Part shown: positions 16,262 through 26,205 of the stretch, piece by piece
Numbering within the stretch: position 1 is the first letter of the stretch
Layout of the letters: the number at the start of each line of letters is the position of its first letter
Source of the DNA: Planctomycetota bacterium
GTDB lineage: Bacteria > Planctomycetota > UBA1135 > UBA2386
Direction: 5' to 3'
Length of the DNA stretch: 64,000 nucleotides
Assembly (NCBI GenBank): GCA_965223545.1
Contig: OZ245006.1
Location: 7,072,001-7,136,000 of the forward strand
Made by a program: the position numbers and the translations under genes
The notes under the pieces: model-generated
Database searches by the model: none
Seen by the model: only the letters and a program-made list of their open reading frames with translations
What the model was told of the DNA's origin: nothing

Positions 16262-18901
16262 TCAGCCGTTGCCCTCACCCATGAGGGTGAGGGTGAGATC
16301 GTCGGGACCGATCTCCGGCAGGTTCTCGTCCGGCATCACCACCTTGGCCCGGATCAGGATGACGATCTTCTTGTTCTGCACGAACGTGCCCTTGCGGCTG
16401 AAGAAGAACGACAGGCCGGGCAGATTGCCGAGCAACGGCACGCGCGACTCTTGGTACTGCTTTTGGGCGAGCTTCATTCCGCCCAGCATCAGCGTGCCGC
16501 CGTCGGGCATCGTCACCGTGGTGCGCACGCGCTGCAGAGTGACGCTGGGCAGCTGGATCGACACCGGCTGACCGACGCCGAGAGTGGTGGTGAACGTCGG
16601 GATCGGCAGATCCAGGGTCATCACGGTCGGGCGCAGCTCCATGGTGATGAAGCGACGGTCGGCGGAGACCACAGGCCGCACGTCCAGCACCACGCCGTCG
16701 CGCACGACGTCGACGACCGGGTTGGCCACCGCCGCCGCCTGCGCGATCTCGACGTCGAAGTCGCGGATGTACGACGTGTGCCGCAGCACCGACATGCTGG
16801 CGCGCGTGTTGTTGTAGATCACCAGGCGCGGCGCCGTGATCAGCTGGCTGCGCTCCTGCTTGTCGACCGCGCGGAGCACGATCTCCAGCTCGGCGTCGCC
16901 GAGGAACGCGTACTGCAGCGCCAAACCGCCGCTGCCTTCCAGCGTGCCGTCGCCGCCCAGGGCGCGGTCGAACAGGTTCTCCGACCGGGCCATGATGTCG
17001 CCATCACCGCCGTCGTCGTAGAAGAAGCCGGGCTCGGTGCCGGTGCCGATCGACCCCGGCGTCGCCGGGTTGATGACGCTGCGCTGGCCGAAGTCGTCGA
17101 AGCCGGCGTTCTGCCGGTTGTTCCGCTCCAAGCCGCGGCCGGGCACGCCGCTCGCCGCTTGGTTGCCCAGGCCGCGGATGTCGACGCCGATGTCCTCGAG
17201 GAACTGGTCCTCGACCTGCAGGAAGCGCGACTCGACGTCCACCTGGATGCCGACCGCTTGGCGGAGGTCGGCCAGGAGGCTCTCGATCTGCTCGTGGACC
17301 AGGCGGTTGTGCCGCACCAGCAGTACGCCGCGCTGCGGGTTGATGCTGGTGCCGTTCACGTCCCAGGAGTCGGGCTCGATGTTCACCTGGATGATGTCCA
17401 TCAGCTTGTCGGCGTCCACGACGGTGGGGGCCGGCTCCTCGTCCTCCTCGAGGGCGAACTCGTCCTCGTCACCGGGCGCACGCAGCTTCAGCTCGACGCC
17501 CGGGCGGTCGGGAACGCCCTGCACGATGTCGCGCACGTCGTACTGGACCAGGTAGATGCGGCCGCCCGCGTTCTCCTCGGTGACCAGCTGGACGATGCCG
17601 TTCTCGACCTTCCACTTGACGTTGGTCAAGTTGCCGATGACGTCCAGTGCCTGCGACACCGAGGTCGGCGGCAGGCTGAAGTCGGTCAGCGTGGTCTGGT
17701 CGGGATCCATCTCCTTGACCGGCGTGGTGACCAGGAACGTGACGTCGGTCACGCGGGAGTAGTAGTCGGCCCAATCCTGCACCGCGGCGCTGGAGAAGTT
17801 GTGCTCGACCTTGGTCGACTCGAGCTTGGCGTAGATCGCCTTCTCTTCCGGGGTCTCGAGATCGCCGTCCGGCGTGAACTGCAGCGGTTCGCGCGACTGG
17901 ATCTTCGCCCAGTGCTCCACGTCGTACTGGACGACGTCGAGCTGCGGCAGGTCGAGCGAGTTCAGGTCGTCGAACGTCTTCGCCCACTCGCCGTTCCAAT
18001 CGTTGCGCAGCACGTCGAGGCGGTTCTCGTGGCGCGCCCGCTCGGCGAGGTCGCGCAAGGCCAGCGCGTTGCCGTTGTTGGGCTCCTGCGTCAGCGCCTC
18101 GTCCAGAGTCGTCACCGCGCTCTCGTAGTTGCCGTTCTGGAAGTCGAAGTTGGCCTGCTCGAGCAGTCGCTTGACGCGCTCGCCGCGCCGGATGCGTGCC
18201 GCGCGCTCGGCCCGCGCCAGCTCGGCGCGCGACGCCGCTTCGGCCTCGGCGGTCTCGGCTTCGTCGGCCTGCATCTTGGCCTGCCGCGCGTCGTCGAGCT
18301 TCTGCGCCAGCGTGCGCTCGGTCTGCGAACCGGGCATCGCGTAGGGCGACGATTGCAGCAACAACAAGCCGCGTTCGTAGGCGTCGATGGCGTCGCCGTA
18401 GCGTCCCTCGGCGTAGTGGGCGTCGCCGACGGACAGCGCGGTGCGCACGTCGAAGTCGAGCTTTTGACGGGCGGCCTCGGACTCGCGCACCATCTCGACG
18501 AACTGGCGCTCGACATTGGCGCCGGTGTTGCCGAGGGCTGCTTGCGCGTCGTTCAAGATGCTGCGCGCCGCCTGATTGGTCGGGTCGATCTCGAGGACCT
18601 CGGCCGCGATCTGGGCGGCGTCCTGGAACAAGCGCAGCTCCAGCGATCGGCGCGCCTCGTTGATCGAGTTGGTGATCAAGAACTGTCGCCGCTGAGCGGC
18701 GGGGTCCTGGGCCGGGTCTTGGCTGGGCGCGGCGGCAGCGGGGGTCTCGGCCGCGGCAGCGGCCGTCGGCGCGCTCTCGGCCGGCTCCGCCGCGGCGGGC
18801 GCCGAGGAGTCGTCCGCGGGCGCGCCGGTGCTGCAGGCTGCGACCCACGCGAGCGCGACCACACCCAGGCTGCGCAGAAGGAACGTCGGGACCATCTTCA
18901 T
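16262..18901 (-). CDS. Lipoprotein secretin with N-terminal TPR extension, paralog B
   Basis: Lipobox VAA-C, Ala/Pro linker and TPRs, then secretin core QVDVESRF, APRLVIYNN, GVVLDVRPVVS, MPDGGTLMLGG and VPLLGNLPGLSFFF. Confidence 0.85.
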   Translation of the reverse strand: MKMVPTFLLRSLGVVALAWVAACSTGAPADDSSAPAAAEPAESAPTAAAAAETPAAAAPSQDPAQDPAAQRRQFLITNSINEARRSLELRLFQDAAQIAAEVLEIDPTNQAARSILNDAQAALGNTGANVERQFVEMVRESEAARQKLDFDVRTALSVGDAHYAEGRYGDAIDAYERGLLLLQSSPYAMPGSQTERTLAQKLDDARQAKMQADEAETAEAEAASRAELARAERAARIRRGERVKRLLEQANFDFQNGNYESAVTTLDEALTQEPNNGNALALRDLAERARHENRLDVLRNDWNGEWAKTFDDLNSLDLPQLDVVQYDVEHWAKIQSREPLQFTPDGDLETPEEKAIYAKLESTKVEHNFSSAAVQDWADYYSRVTDVTFLVTTPVKEMDPDQTTLTDFSLPPTSVSQALDVIGNLTNVKWKVENGIVQLVTEENAGGRIYLVQYDVRDIVQGVPDRPGVELKLRAPGDEDEFALEEDEEPAPTVVDADKLMDIIQVNIEPDSWDVNGTSINPQRGVLLVRHNRLVHEQIESLLADLRQAVGIQVDVESRFLQVEDQFLEDIGVDIRGLGNQAASGVPGRGLERNNRQNAGFDDFGQRSVINPATPGSIGTGTEPGFFYDDGGDGDIMARSENLFDRALGGDGTLEGSGGLALQYAFLGDAELEIVLRAVDKQERSQLITAPRLVIYNNTRASMSVLRHTSYIRDFDVEIAQAAAVANPVVDVVRDGVVLDVRPVVSADRRFITMELRPTVMTLDLPIPTFTTTLGVGQPVSIQLPSVTLQRVRTTVTMPDGGTLMLGGMKLAQKQYQESRVPLLGNLPGLSFFFSRKGTFVQNKKIVILIRAKVVMPDENLPEIGPDDLTLTLMGEGNG

Positions 18902-19151
18902 GAGTCTTTGCGATCCTGATGAGGTGTCAGGAGATGGGGCGAGCGTCGTGGCGGGGCGACCGAAAGGGGGACGTGCTCTTCAGTGCGGGAGGGACGAACC
19001 GCCGACGTGGCGGGCGGACGGTAGCCGTCGTCCCGGCGAGGGTCAAGCGCGGAGGAGCATTGCTCTGAAGCCCGCCTGCTTCGGGCTAACGACGCCGGGG
19101 CAGGGAGGTTTCGACGACGGTCGCCGGCGGACGGCGACCGCGCGCGCGGGT

Positions 19152-19988
19152 TCAACGGCCGGGAACTTCCGGTGCGCCGAGCAGGCGGTTGACCCGCTTG
19201 ATGTCTTCCCACGTGTCGGCCTTCGCCGATGGTTGGCGCAGCAGATAGGCGGGGTGCCAGGTCGCCACCACCGGGATGCCCTCGTAGCGCAGGTCTTGGC
19301 CGCGGAGGCGCCGCATCGGTGCGGTGCTCGCCAGCAAGTTGTGGGCGGCGATTCGCCCGAGCGTGACGATCACCTCGGGCTGCAGAATGCGGACCTGTGC
19401 GCGCAGATTGGGCAGGCAGGCCGCCACCTCGTCCGGCTGCGGGTCGCGGTTGTCGGGCGGCCGGCACTTGTTGACGTTGGCGATGTACACGTCGGCGCGG
19501 CGCAGCCCCATCGCGTTCTCGATGATGCGATCGAGCAACTGGCCGGCCTTGCCCACGAAGGGCCGCCCCTTGCGGTCCTCGTGGAAGCCGGGTGCTTCGC
19601 CGATGAACATCACCCTGGGGCGTGGGTTGCCCTCGCCGAACACCACCTGGGTGCGGCCCTGCGCCAGCTTGCACGCGCCGCAGTCGGCGAGCTCGGCCGC
19701 CAGGCGTTCGAGCGCCACCTCGGGCTCGGTGGTCTCGGGAGCGGTCTCGGGAGCAGGCGTTTCGGGTGTGCGCGTCTCGGCCGTGGTCCCGCCCGCGGCC
19801 CGCCCCGACGGTGCGTCGGAAGTGGGGCCGGGCAGAGGAGATGCGACCGAGCCGGTGGAGGCGGCGGGCGCCGGTTTCGCGAGCGCGCGGTCGACGCCGA
19901 CCGGCAGATCGGCGCCGTACGCCTCGATGGCCTGGTCGAGCCAGAACCGCGCCGCCCTGCCGCAGTGGCGCCCGTTTAGAAGGCCCAT
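19152..19988 (-). CDS. Uracil-DNA glycosylase family 4
   Basis: Cxx[25 protein letters not shown] and TWHPAYLLR. Pro/Ala-rich N-terminal linker; start uncertain. Confidence 0.9.
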   Translation of the reverse strand: MGLLNGRHCGRAARFWLDQAIEAYGADLPVGVDRALAKPAPAASTGSVASPLPGPTSDAPSGRAAGGTTAETRTPETPAPETAPETTEPEVALERLAAELADCGACKLAQGRTQVVFGEGNPRPRVMFIGEAPGFHEDRKGRPFVGKAGQLLDRIIENAMGLRRADVYIANVNKCRPPDNRDPQPDEVAACLPNLRAQVRILQPEVIVTLGRIAAHNLLASTAPMRRLRGQDLRYEGIPVVATWHPAYLLRQPSAKADTWEDIKRVNRLLGAPEVPGR

Positions 19989-21028
19989 CCTGCGGTCAAC
20001 AGCCAGCGGTTGTCGATCCGGTCGCGGCCGGGGGCCGGCGTGTTGTCGTAGTCCATGACCCACTGCAGCTGGGCGAACATCGCCTCGGTCAAGGAGGTGC
20101 GCAGGCGCGAGTCCTTGATCAGGAAGATGTCGTCGGAGTGCTCGAGGCTGGGAAACGCCTGCACGTCCTGCAGGAAGATCGTGGTCTCGGTGATCGCCCA
20201 GCGCAGGCTGTACGCCACCCGCGCCGCCAGCGTGTCGGTGTCCGGCGTCGTGTCCCGGTAGGACTCCGAGATGTAGCTCACGCCGGCCTCGCCCGACAGC
20301 GCGAACTCCTCGGTGTCGTAAAACTGGTAGCCGAGGCCGGAGCCGACGGTGTAGCGCAGGTCGATGTTGGCGAGGGTGTCGCCGAGCGCGGTGGTGTTGG
20401 CGTAGACGTACAACCGCTCCGAAATGAAGTAGTCGTATTGCAGTTCGCCGTAAGTGCGCCGCTGACTCAGGTTCCAGGTGCGGGTCGCGTCTCTCTCTTC
20501 GGAGTAGTCCCACGTGGCCTTCAGGCTCATGCGGTCGAGGTCGGTGCGACGCTCGGCGTCGAACGCGGCGAACGCGCTGCGCCGGTTCGTGTTGCCCTCG
20601 GTGAGCGCCAGCCCGAGGTTCAGGGATCCGGTCCACCGTACTGGATCTTCGGGTGGGTTGATCGCATCGAGGTCGTCGATGGTGATCGACAGCCCGCTGG
20701 GACCGGCGGCCGGGTCGGCGAGCACCAGCTGACCATCATCGATGCCCGTCACGGTGCGCTCGTAGGTTTCACCCGCGGTCGTCCGCAGGCGCAGCGGCCG
20801 CGCGCTGACCAGATTCGCGATGTCGGCCAGCTTGATCTCGACGGTGCCCAAGGGACCGGTTTCGACGGTGACGACCCCCTCGGCCATGGTTTGGATCGTG
20901 CCGGTAATGCGGTCGCCATTGGTCAGCACGATCTCGTCCGGACTCGCAGCCTGCGCGGCCAACGGCGGTGAGACGAGGGAGAGAGCGGCCAGCAACGCCG
21001 CTGACAGGGGGATCTTGCGATCGATCAT
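19976..21028 (-). CDS. DUF481/YdiY-family outer-membrane beta-barrel protein
   Basis: Signal peptide, [13 protein letters not shown] module, [30 protein letters not shown] and C-terminal GWAF. Confidence 0.8.
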   Translation of the reverse strand: MIDRKIPLSAALLAALSLVSPPLAAQAASPDEIVLTNGDRITGTIQTMAEGVVTVETGPLGTVEIKLADIANLVSARPLRLRTTAGETYERTVTGIDDGQLVLADPAAGPSGLSITIDDLDAINPPEDPVRWTGSLNLGLALTEGNTNRRSAFAAFDAERRTDLDRMSLKATWDYSEERDATRTWNLSQRRTYGELQYDYFISERLYVYANTTALGDTLANIDLRYTVGSGLGYQFYDTEEFALSGEAGVSYISESYRDTTPDTDTLAARVAYSLRWAITETTIFLQDVQAFPSLEHSDDIFLIKDSRLRTSLTEAMFAQLQWVMDYDNTPAPGRDRIDNRWLLTAGWAF

Positions 21029-21162
21029 GAATGGTATGAGGACAGGCGGGAGCCACCCAGGTCTTAGCGAGCCCCACGCCGGGGGGCGAGCGAAACTCGC
21101 CGGGCAGCGCGCGCGGAGCGGCGCAACTCGTGCGGCCCGGCGCGGTATATTCCGCCGCCCTC

Positions 21163-23910
21163 ATGGACTCCCGACCGCAGCTCGCCGGGGTGCCCGCCTT
21201 GCTCGCCCTGTTCGCTCTGGTCGCCTGTGTGTACGGGGGGCGCGCGTGGCAGGCAGAGTTCGCCAATTTCGACGACAACCTCTTCTTCGGCGCCGAAGCG
21301 CAGGCGTTTCGGGCGGCCGACCGCGGCGACGCGGGCGCCCTGCTCGATCCCGGCCGACCGATCGCCAACGCATTCCTTCCCGTCAGCCACGTGTCGCTCT
21401 ACCTCGACCACTGGCTGGGGCGCGGCACCGGCCACACCAGCCGGTGGGCGCATTTGCACTCCGTGCTGTTGCACGGGCTGGCGGTCTTCGCCTTGGCGCG
21501 GCTGCTCGGTCGGCTGGGGGCCCGCCGCCGGGTCGCGGTCGCGGCGGCCGCCGTGTTTGCCGTCCACCCGGCGCTGGCGGAGTCCGTCGCCTGGGTGGCC
21601 AGCCGCAAGGACGTGCTGTCGGGGCTGTTCTCCTTCCTGTGTCTGAGCGCGGTCGCCGAGGCGGCGGCCGTGGGGCGTTCGCGGGCGGTGTTGGCGGCGG
21701 TGCTGTTCGCCGTCCTCGCCCTGTACTCGAAGGGCACTGCCGTCGTGTTGGGCTTGTTGGCCCCGGTGGTCTTCGCGCTGTGCCGGCGCACCCGGGGTGC
21801 CGCCGGCATCGCTGCCGTGGGGGGAGTGCTGCTGGCCGTCTTGCTCGTCGGGTGGCAGCACGCCGGGATCGCGGCCGCGCAGGGCACGATGGTGGCGGGC
21901 GGCGGGCGGCTGGCGCAGGCGCCCGGGGCGCTTTGGCACTACGCGGCGACGCTGTTCTGGCCGACGGGGCTCAACGTCCTCTATCCCGAAGTGGACACGT
22001 TGGCGCGATTTGCCGCGCAATGGTGGCGGGGTGCGCTGGTGGCCCTGGCCGGCGGCGCGTTGGCCGTTTGGCTGTGGCGCCGCGGCGATCGGTTGGCGGT
22101 GGCCGGCCTGGTCATGGCGGCGGCGGCCTGGCTGCCGTTCAACACGGTCTGGCCGGCGTCGTCGATCGCGGCGGCGGATCGCTACCTCTACCTCGTCACT
22201 CCGTGGGTCGCGTTGGCCATCATCGCGGCGCTGCGGCGGTGGGGACCCGTGGTCGCGCTGCCAGTGGTCGCCGGGCTGGCGGCGATGGCGTTCGCGCGGG
22301 CCGGCGACTTCCGCGACAGCGAGGCCCTGTGGACCGCCAGCCTGCGGGTCGACCCCGGCAACGCCGTGGCGCGGATCAACCTGGCCGTCGACACCCTGCC
22401 GCGCGATGCCGCCGCGGCGCGCACGCTGGTCGAGGAGGCGCTGGGGGACGCGCGCTATCCACAGCACCGGCTGCGCGCGCACGCGTTCCTCCGCGACTTG
22501 GCGTGGAGTGCCGGCCGCGGCGAGGAGGCCGGCCGGCACGCGCGTGGAGTGATCGACGCCGCCGCGGCCCTGCCCCCCTCTCCGGCGGCGGCAGCCGCGA
22601 TGCTGCAAGCGCAGCTCACCGCCGCGACCATCCTGCGCAGCAGTGGCGATCTCGATGGCGCGCGCGCAGCGCTGGCCGCCGCGCAGGGTCTGGCACCCGA
22701 CGACCCCGGAGTGCTGGCCTACGCGGCCGACGCCCTGCGCGTCGACCACATGGCGGCCGACGGCAGTGTCGATGCGGACAGCGAGGCCTCGCGCCAAGCG
22801 CGCGAGTGGCTGGACCGCGCCATGCGCATCGCCGGCGAGCCACCGCCCTACGACGTGCTGCTGGCGCGCGCTCGGTGGCAGCAGGCGCGCGGCGAGCTGA
22901 TGTCGGCGATGGCGCATTTTCGCCGCGCACGGGAGCTGCAGCCCGGACGCGCCGATGCGCATCTCGGCCTGGCGGACTTGTTCTTGGCGACCGAGGACTA
23001 CGCGGCGGCCGAGGAGACCGCGCGCGCCGGCATCGCCGCCGACGTGCGGGACCCCAACTTGCTGTTGCGGTTGGGGCTGGCGATGACCGGCCGCGGCCGA
23101 TTGCAGGATGCGCGGCAGTACTACGAGAGCTACCTGCGCAACCGACCGCGCGACGCGGCGGTGCGGCGCGCGCTGGCCGCGGTGATCGCCGCCGACACCA
23201 CCCGGCAGCTGTACCAGCTGTCACCGGACGAGCTGCAGACCGCCGCCGCGCGCATCGTCGAGCTCGACCCCGACAACCCCAAGGCGTTGCTGCTGCGTGG
23301 ATTGGCCGCTCGCCTGCAACGGCGCTTGCCGGCCGCCATCGTCCACCTCGAGCAGGCGCGCGAGCGGTTGCCCGACAGCGAGGACGCCTGGAAGCTCTTG
23401 GCCGAGTGTCTGCGCGACCGTGGCTACGAGCTGTTGCGCGACGGTGAGCAGCGCGCCGCGTTGGACCACTTCCGCCGCTTCGTCGATCAAGCCGCTCCCG
23501 GCATCGACACCGTCAGCGCGCTGGGCATCCTGCGCACGCACTGGGAGCAGATCGAGAAGCGCGGCGTGGAGGCGTTCTCCGCCGAGGATTTCGCCGCCGC
23601 CGAAGCCGCCTTCCGCCGCTGCCTCGCGCTGGTCCCCAGCGAGACCAGCGCGTGCCTGCAGCTCGGTTTGGCGATCCTGCAGCAGGCCGACGACCGCGCG
23701 GAAGAGGCGTTGGCCCTGTTCGAGCGCGCCGAGCGCGGCCAGGTGCAAGCCCAGCGCGACGCGTCGCTGCCCGTACTCTGGCAGCTGCACGCGCTGATGC
23801 GCCTGGGCCGCGCGGACGAGGCGCGCGCTCGCGGTGAGCGCTACCTCGCCGAGGTGAGGGTGGCGCGGCCATCGGTGCTCGAGCGCATCCGTGCGCTGAT
23901 CGAGGGCTGA
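21163..23910 (+). CDS. TMTC-like GT-C membrane glycosyltransferase with C-terminal TPR repeats
   Basis: FANFDD loop after TM1, FAVHPALAESVAWVASRKDVL, ALYSK, ADRYLY and FRDSEALW, followed by many TPRs. Confidence 0.75.
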   Translation: MDSRPQLAGVPALLALFALVACVYGGRAWQAEFANFDDNLFFGAEAQAFRAADRGDAGALLDPGRPIANAFLPVSHVSLYLDHWLGRGTGHTSRWAHLHSVLLHGLAVFALARLLGRLGARRRVAVAAAAVFAVHPALAESVAWVASRKDVLSGLFSFLCLSAVAEAAAVGRSRAVLAAVLFAVLALYSKGTAVVLGLLAPVVFALCRRTRGAAGIAAVGGVLLAVLLVGWQHAGIAAAQGTMVAGGGRLAQAPGALWHYAATLFWPTGLNVLYPEVDTLARFAAQWWRGALVALAGGALAVWLWRRGDRLAVAGLVMAAAAWLPFNTVWPASSIAAADRYLYLVTPWVALAIIAALRRWGPVVALPVVAGLAAMAFARAGDFRDSEALWTASLRVDPGNAVARINLAVDTLPRDAAAARTLVEEALGDARYPQHRLRAHAFLRDLAWSAGRGEEAGRHARGVIDAAAALPPSPAAAAAMLQAQLTAATILRSSGDLDGARAALAAAQGLAPDDPGVLAYAADALRVDHMAADGSVDADSEASRQAREWLDRAMRIAGEPPPYDVLLARARWQQARGELMSAMAHFRRARELQPGRADAHLGLADLFLATEDYAAAEETARAGIAADVRDPNLLLRLGLAMTGRGRLQDARQYYESYLRNRPRDAAVRRALAAVIAADTTRQLYQLSPDELQTAAARIVELDPDNPKALLLRGLAARLQRRLPAAIVHLEQARERLPDSEDAWKLLAECLRDRGYELLRDGEQRAALDHFRRFVDQAAPGIDTVSALGILRTHWEQIEKRGVEAFSAEDFAAAEAAFRRCLALVPSETSACLQLGLAILQQADDRAEEALALFERAERGQVQAQRDASLPVLWQLHALMRLGRADEARARGERYLAEVRVARPSVLERIRALIEG

Positions 23911-24067
23911 CCGGGGGAGGCCATGGTGGGCCGGAGCGCGACTTCGTGGTGATGCATGCTCTCGTCGCGCCGGATGCGCTGGTGAGCGCGGTGCGGGTTG
24001 GATCGCAACCACCACGAGTGCACGAAGGACACGAAGACGCGGGCGTCCTGCACGGCAGCGAGTCGGT

Positions 24068-25221
24068 CTAGAAGAACTCGGTCACCGGTACGGTCTGGCT
24101 GACGGTGCCGGTGGGCGAGTTGTTGTCGCTGCCGTGGGCGATGCGCACCGCGGCGATCGGCACCGCGCCCAGCGGCGGTGGCGTGACCACGCTGCCGTCG
24201 GAGAGCGTGACGCCGTTGACCGGGTGGCCGGAGGCCACCTGGACGTAGAAGCGCGCGCCGATCGGCAGCGTGGTCGCGGCGGTCAGCGTGCCGCTCCAAT
24301 GGCCGGTCTGGTTGTTGCTGCCCGGCAGCGGGTAGACCTCGGTCGGCTGCACCAGGAGCTGGCAGCTCGGCGTGATCGAGATCGGCTGGCTGCTGGCTTG
24401 CAGGCCGACCAGCAGCGCGCTCAGGCCCGCGCCGGACGGATCGGTCGGCATTCCGTAGCGGGCGTCGACGTCCAGCTCCATCGCCACCGGCGTGTGCCGC
24501 AGGGTCAGGTTGGCGTACGCCTCGGTCGAGGTTCCGGGCGCGGCACAGCCCTGTCCGAACCGGTAGCCCGGCTGCTCGCAAGTGCCGTCGTCGAACAGCT
24601 CGTGCGCGTCCTGGTAGGCGGTGAAGTTGGCGTTGATGCCGTTCGGCCCGTCGTTGCCGTAGACGGTCGTGTCGAGGCAGATCGTGGTGCCGTTGCCGGG
24701 GTAGGCGAACGGCGTCGTGTACGGAACGCGCAGCTCGAACTGCGGCGCGGGCGCGCCGCCCGGCCGCGTGGTCGCCGGCATGCTGACCCAGGTGCGCGGC
24801 AGTACCACCACCGGGGTGCCGGCGTTGTTGGCAAAGGTCCGCGACGCCTGATCGGGCGTGACCGCGGCCAGCGAGATCGCGACCGACATCTCGACGCGAT
24901 AGCCGTTGAGGTTGCCGCGCTGCGAGATGGCGTCGCGGCGGTAGGAATGGCCGGCGAGGGTGGCCGGGGCGTCGCCCAGATCGGCGTGCAGCTGCTGCAG
25001 CCGGCAGTTGTGCCGGCCGAGGGGGTAGCTGGTGCTGCTGCTGCCCTCGAGTGCCTTGCGATCGGCGGGCGACACCGCGACGTTCTGCGCGGTTGCCGGT
25101 CCGGCGATGCCGAGGGCGGCCGCGGTGGCGATCAGCGCCGCGCGCGCGCCGAGCGCGGCGGTCTGGGCGGCGGGTCGGGTGACGGGACGGGGGGACGAAC
25201 GAGAGTCTGCGTGGTCTGCAA
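24068..25221 (-). CDS. Secreted beta-rich protein of unknown function; 5' end probably frameshifted
   Basis: The main ORF has a signal-peptide H-region (LIATAAALGIAGPATA-Q). The best start (AAGGAGG-6nt-TTG at 25221) is out of frame by one base across a G6/C6 run at 25189-25194. Confidence 0.6.
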
Positions 25222-25328
25222 AGTGATCCTCCTTGGTTGTGGTCGCCGGCGGCGTGATCCGCCGGCACTCCTGCAGGAGCGGGCGCTCGCGTTTCGATCG
25301 CAAAAAGCGCGCTTGCCGCGACGCACGG

Positions 25329-25357
25329 TTGATCGCCCCACCCCGTTTCACTATGGT
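25329..25357 (+). promoter_or_regulatory. Candidate sigma-70 promoter of the atp operon
   Basis: TTGATC-17 nt-TATGGT. Confidence 0.45.
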
Positions 25358-25445
25358 CCCCCGCCACCTCTCGAGGAGGTGGCGTTTGGAACGGTTCTTT
25401 GTCTCGGACGAATCGCGCGACGGCACCCGTCCCGCGCCCACGTAG

Positions 25446-25718
25446 ATGGTTTCGGCAGGGCCTGTTGCCCACGCCGGCGGGGCGGCGTTGACCTGGGTGG
25501 CGTCGGTGGCTCTGTTCGCCTACGCCGGGCATTGGCTCGACCAGTCGTGGGCCACCTCTCCGTGGCTGCTCGTGGTCGGTGCCGTCTTGGGCACGGTGGG
25601 CGGGTTCATCCACTTCTTGAGCGCGGTGGCTCCGGACATGTTGCCGTTCGGTCGTGACGGCCGAGCGCAATCCGACGACGCCCCGCCGAGCGACGCCGAT
25701 CAAGATGACTCCCGCTGA
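25446..25718 (+). CDS. AtpZ/AtpI-family ATP synthase accessory protein
   Basis: Two TM helices with GHWLDQSWATSPWLLVVG..LG..GG; first gene of the atp operon. Confidence 0.75.
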   Translation: MVSAGPVAHAGGAALTWVASVALFAYAGHWLDQSWATSPWLLVVGAVLGTVGGFIHFLSAVAPDMLPFGRDGRAQSDDAPPSDADQDDSR

Positions 25719-26205
25719 CTCCCCTGCGCCCGCTGCATCCGACCGTGCCATGGTGCGCGCGGCGACGGGGTGCGCGCTGCTGCGGGGCATGGCCGCCGGC
25801 GCCGCCCTCTGGTCGGTCGCCGCTGGCGCGATGTGGATCGCCGGCCTGCCCAGCGATCCGGCGTTGGCGCGCTGGATCGGAATCGGCGCCGCCGCAGGCG
25901 CGCTGACCACCGCGGTGGGAACCGTGGTGCAAGGCGTCTTGACGCTGTCGCCGACCGACCCCGCGTTGGCTGCCGGGCGCATGCTGGCCGGCGTATTGGC
26001 ACACTTCGCGCTGCTGGCCGGTGGCGTGTTGGCCGCGGTGCTGATCATGGCCGCCGCGGAAGTGAAATTCGCCGCCGTGGCAGCGTTTTGCCTGGCCTTC
26101 GCGGCGACGGCAACGGTCATTCACTTGGTTTCGGTTTGGTCGATGTCGCGCAGCCTGCAACGAAGAAGCAAACCGGCCGCACCACACGACGAGAAGGCAC
26201 GATGA
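25705..26205 (+). CDS. Four-TM membrane protein, probable AtpI-like
   Basis: Hydrophobic, Ala-rich; overlaps both neighbours; position just before atpB. Confidence 0.55.
   Translation: MTPADSPAPAASDRAMVRAATGCALLRGMAAGAALWSVAAGAMWIAGLPSDPALARWIGIGAAAGALTTAVGTVVQGVLTLSPTDPALAAGRMLAGVLAHFALLAGGVLAAVLIMAAAEVKFAAVAAFCLAFAATATVIHLVSVWSMSRSLQRRSKPAAPHDEKAR

Noticed and set aside
3341..18901. Magnetosome gene island suggested by the MamK-like gene
   Set aside because: No recognisable mamA/B/E/I/M/O/P/Q, magnetochrome CxxCH proteins or feoB in the window. The TPR proteins are exported and unlike MamA.
6860..18901. Canonical type II secretion or type IV pilus locus
   Set aside because: Only secretins are present; no prepilin-motif proteins, assembly ATPase, inner-membrane platform or prepilin peptidase.
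6953..18919. Very long opposite-strand ORFs (6953-9616, 12965-15961, 16115-18919; similarly 49854-53030 and 55868-59122)
   Set aside because: These are antisense shadows of real genes, caused by high GC3 and stop-codon scarcity; they contain no motifs.
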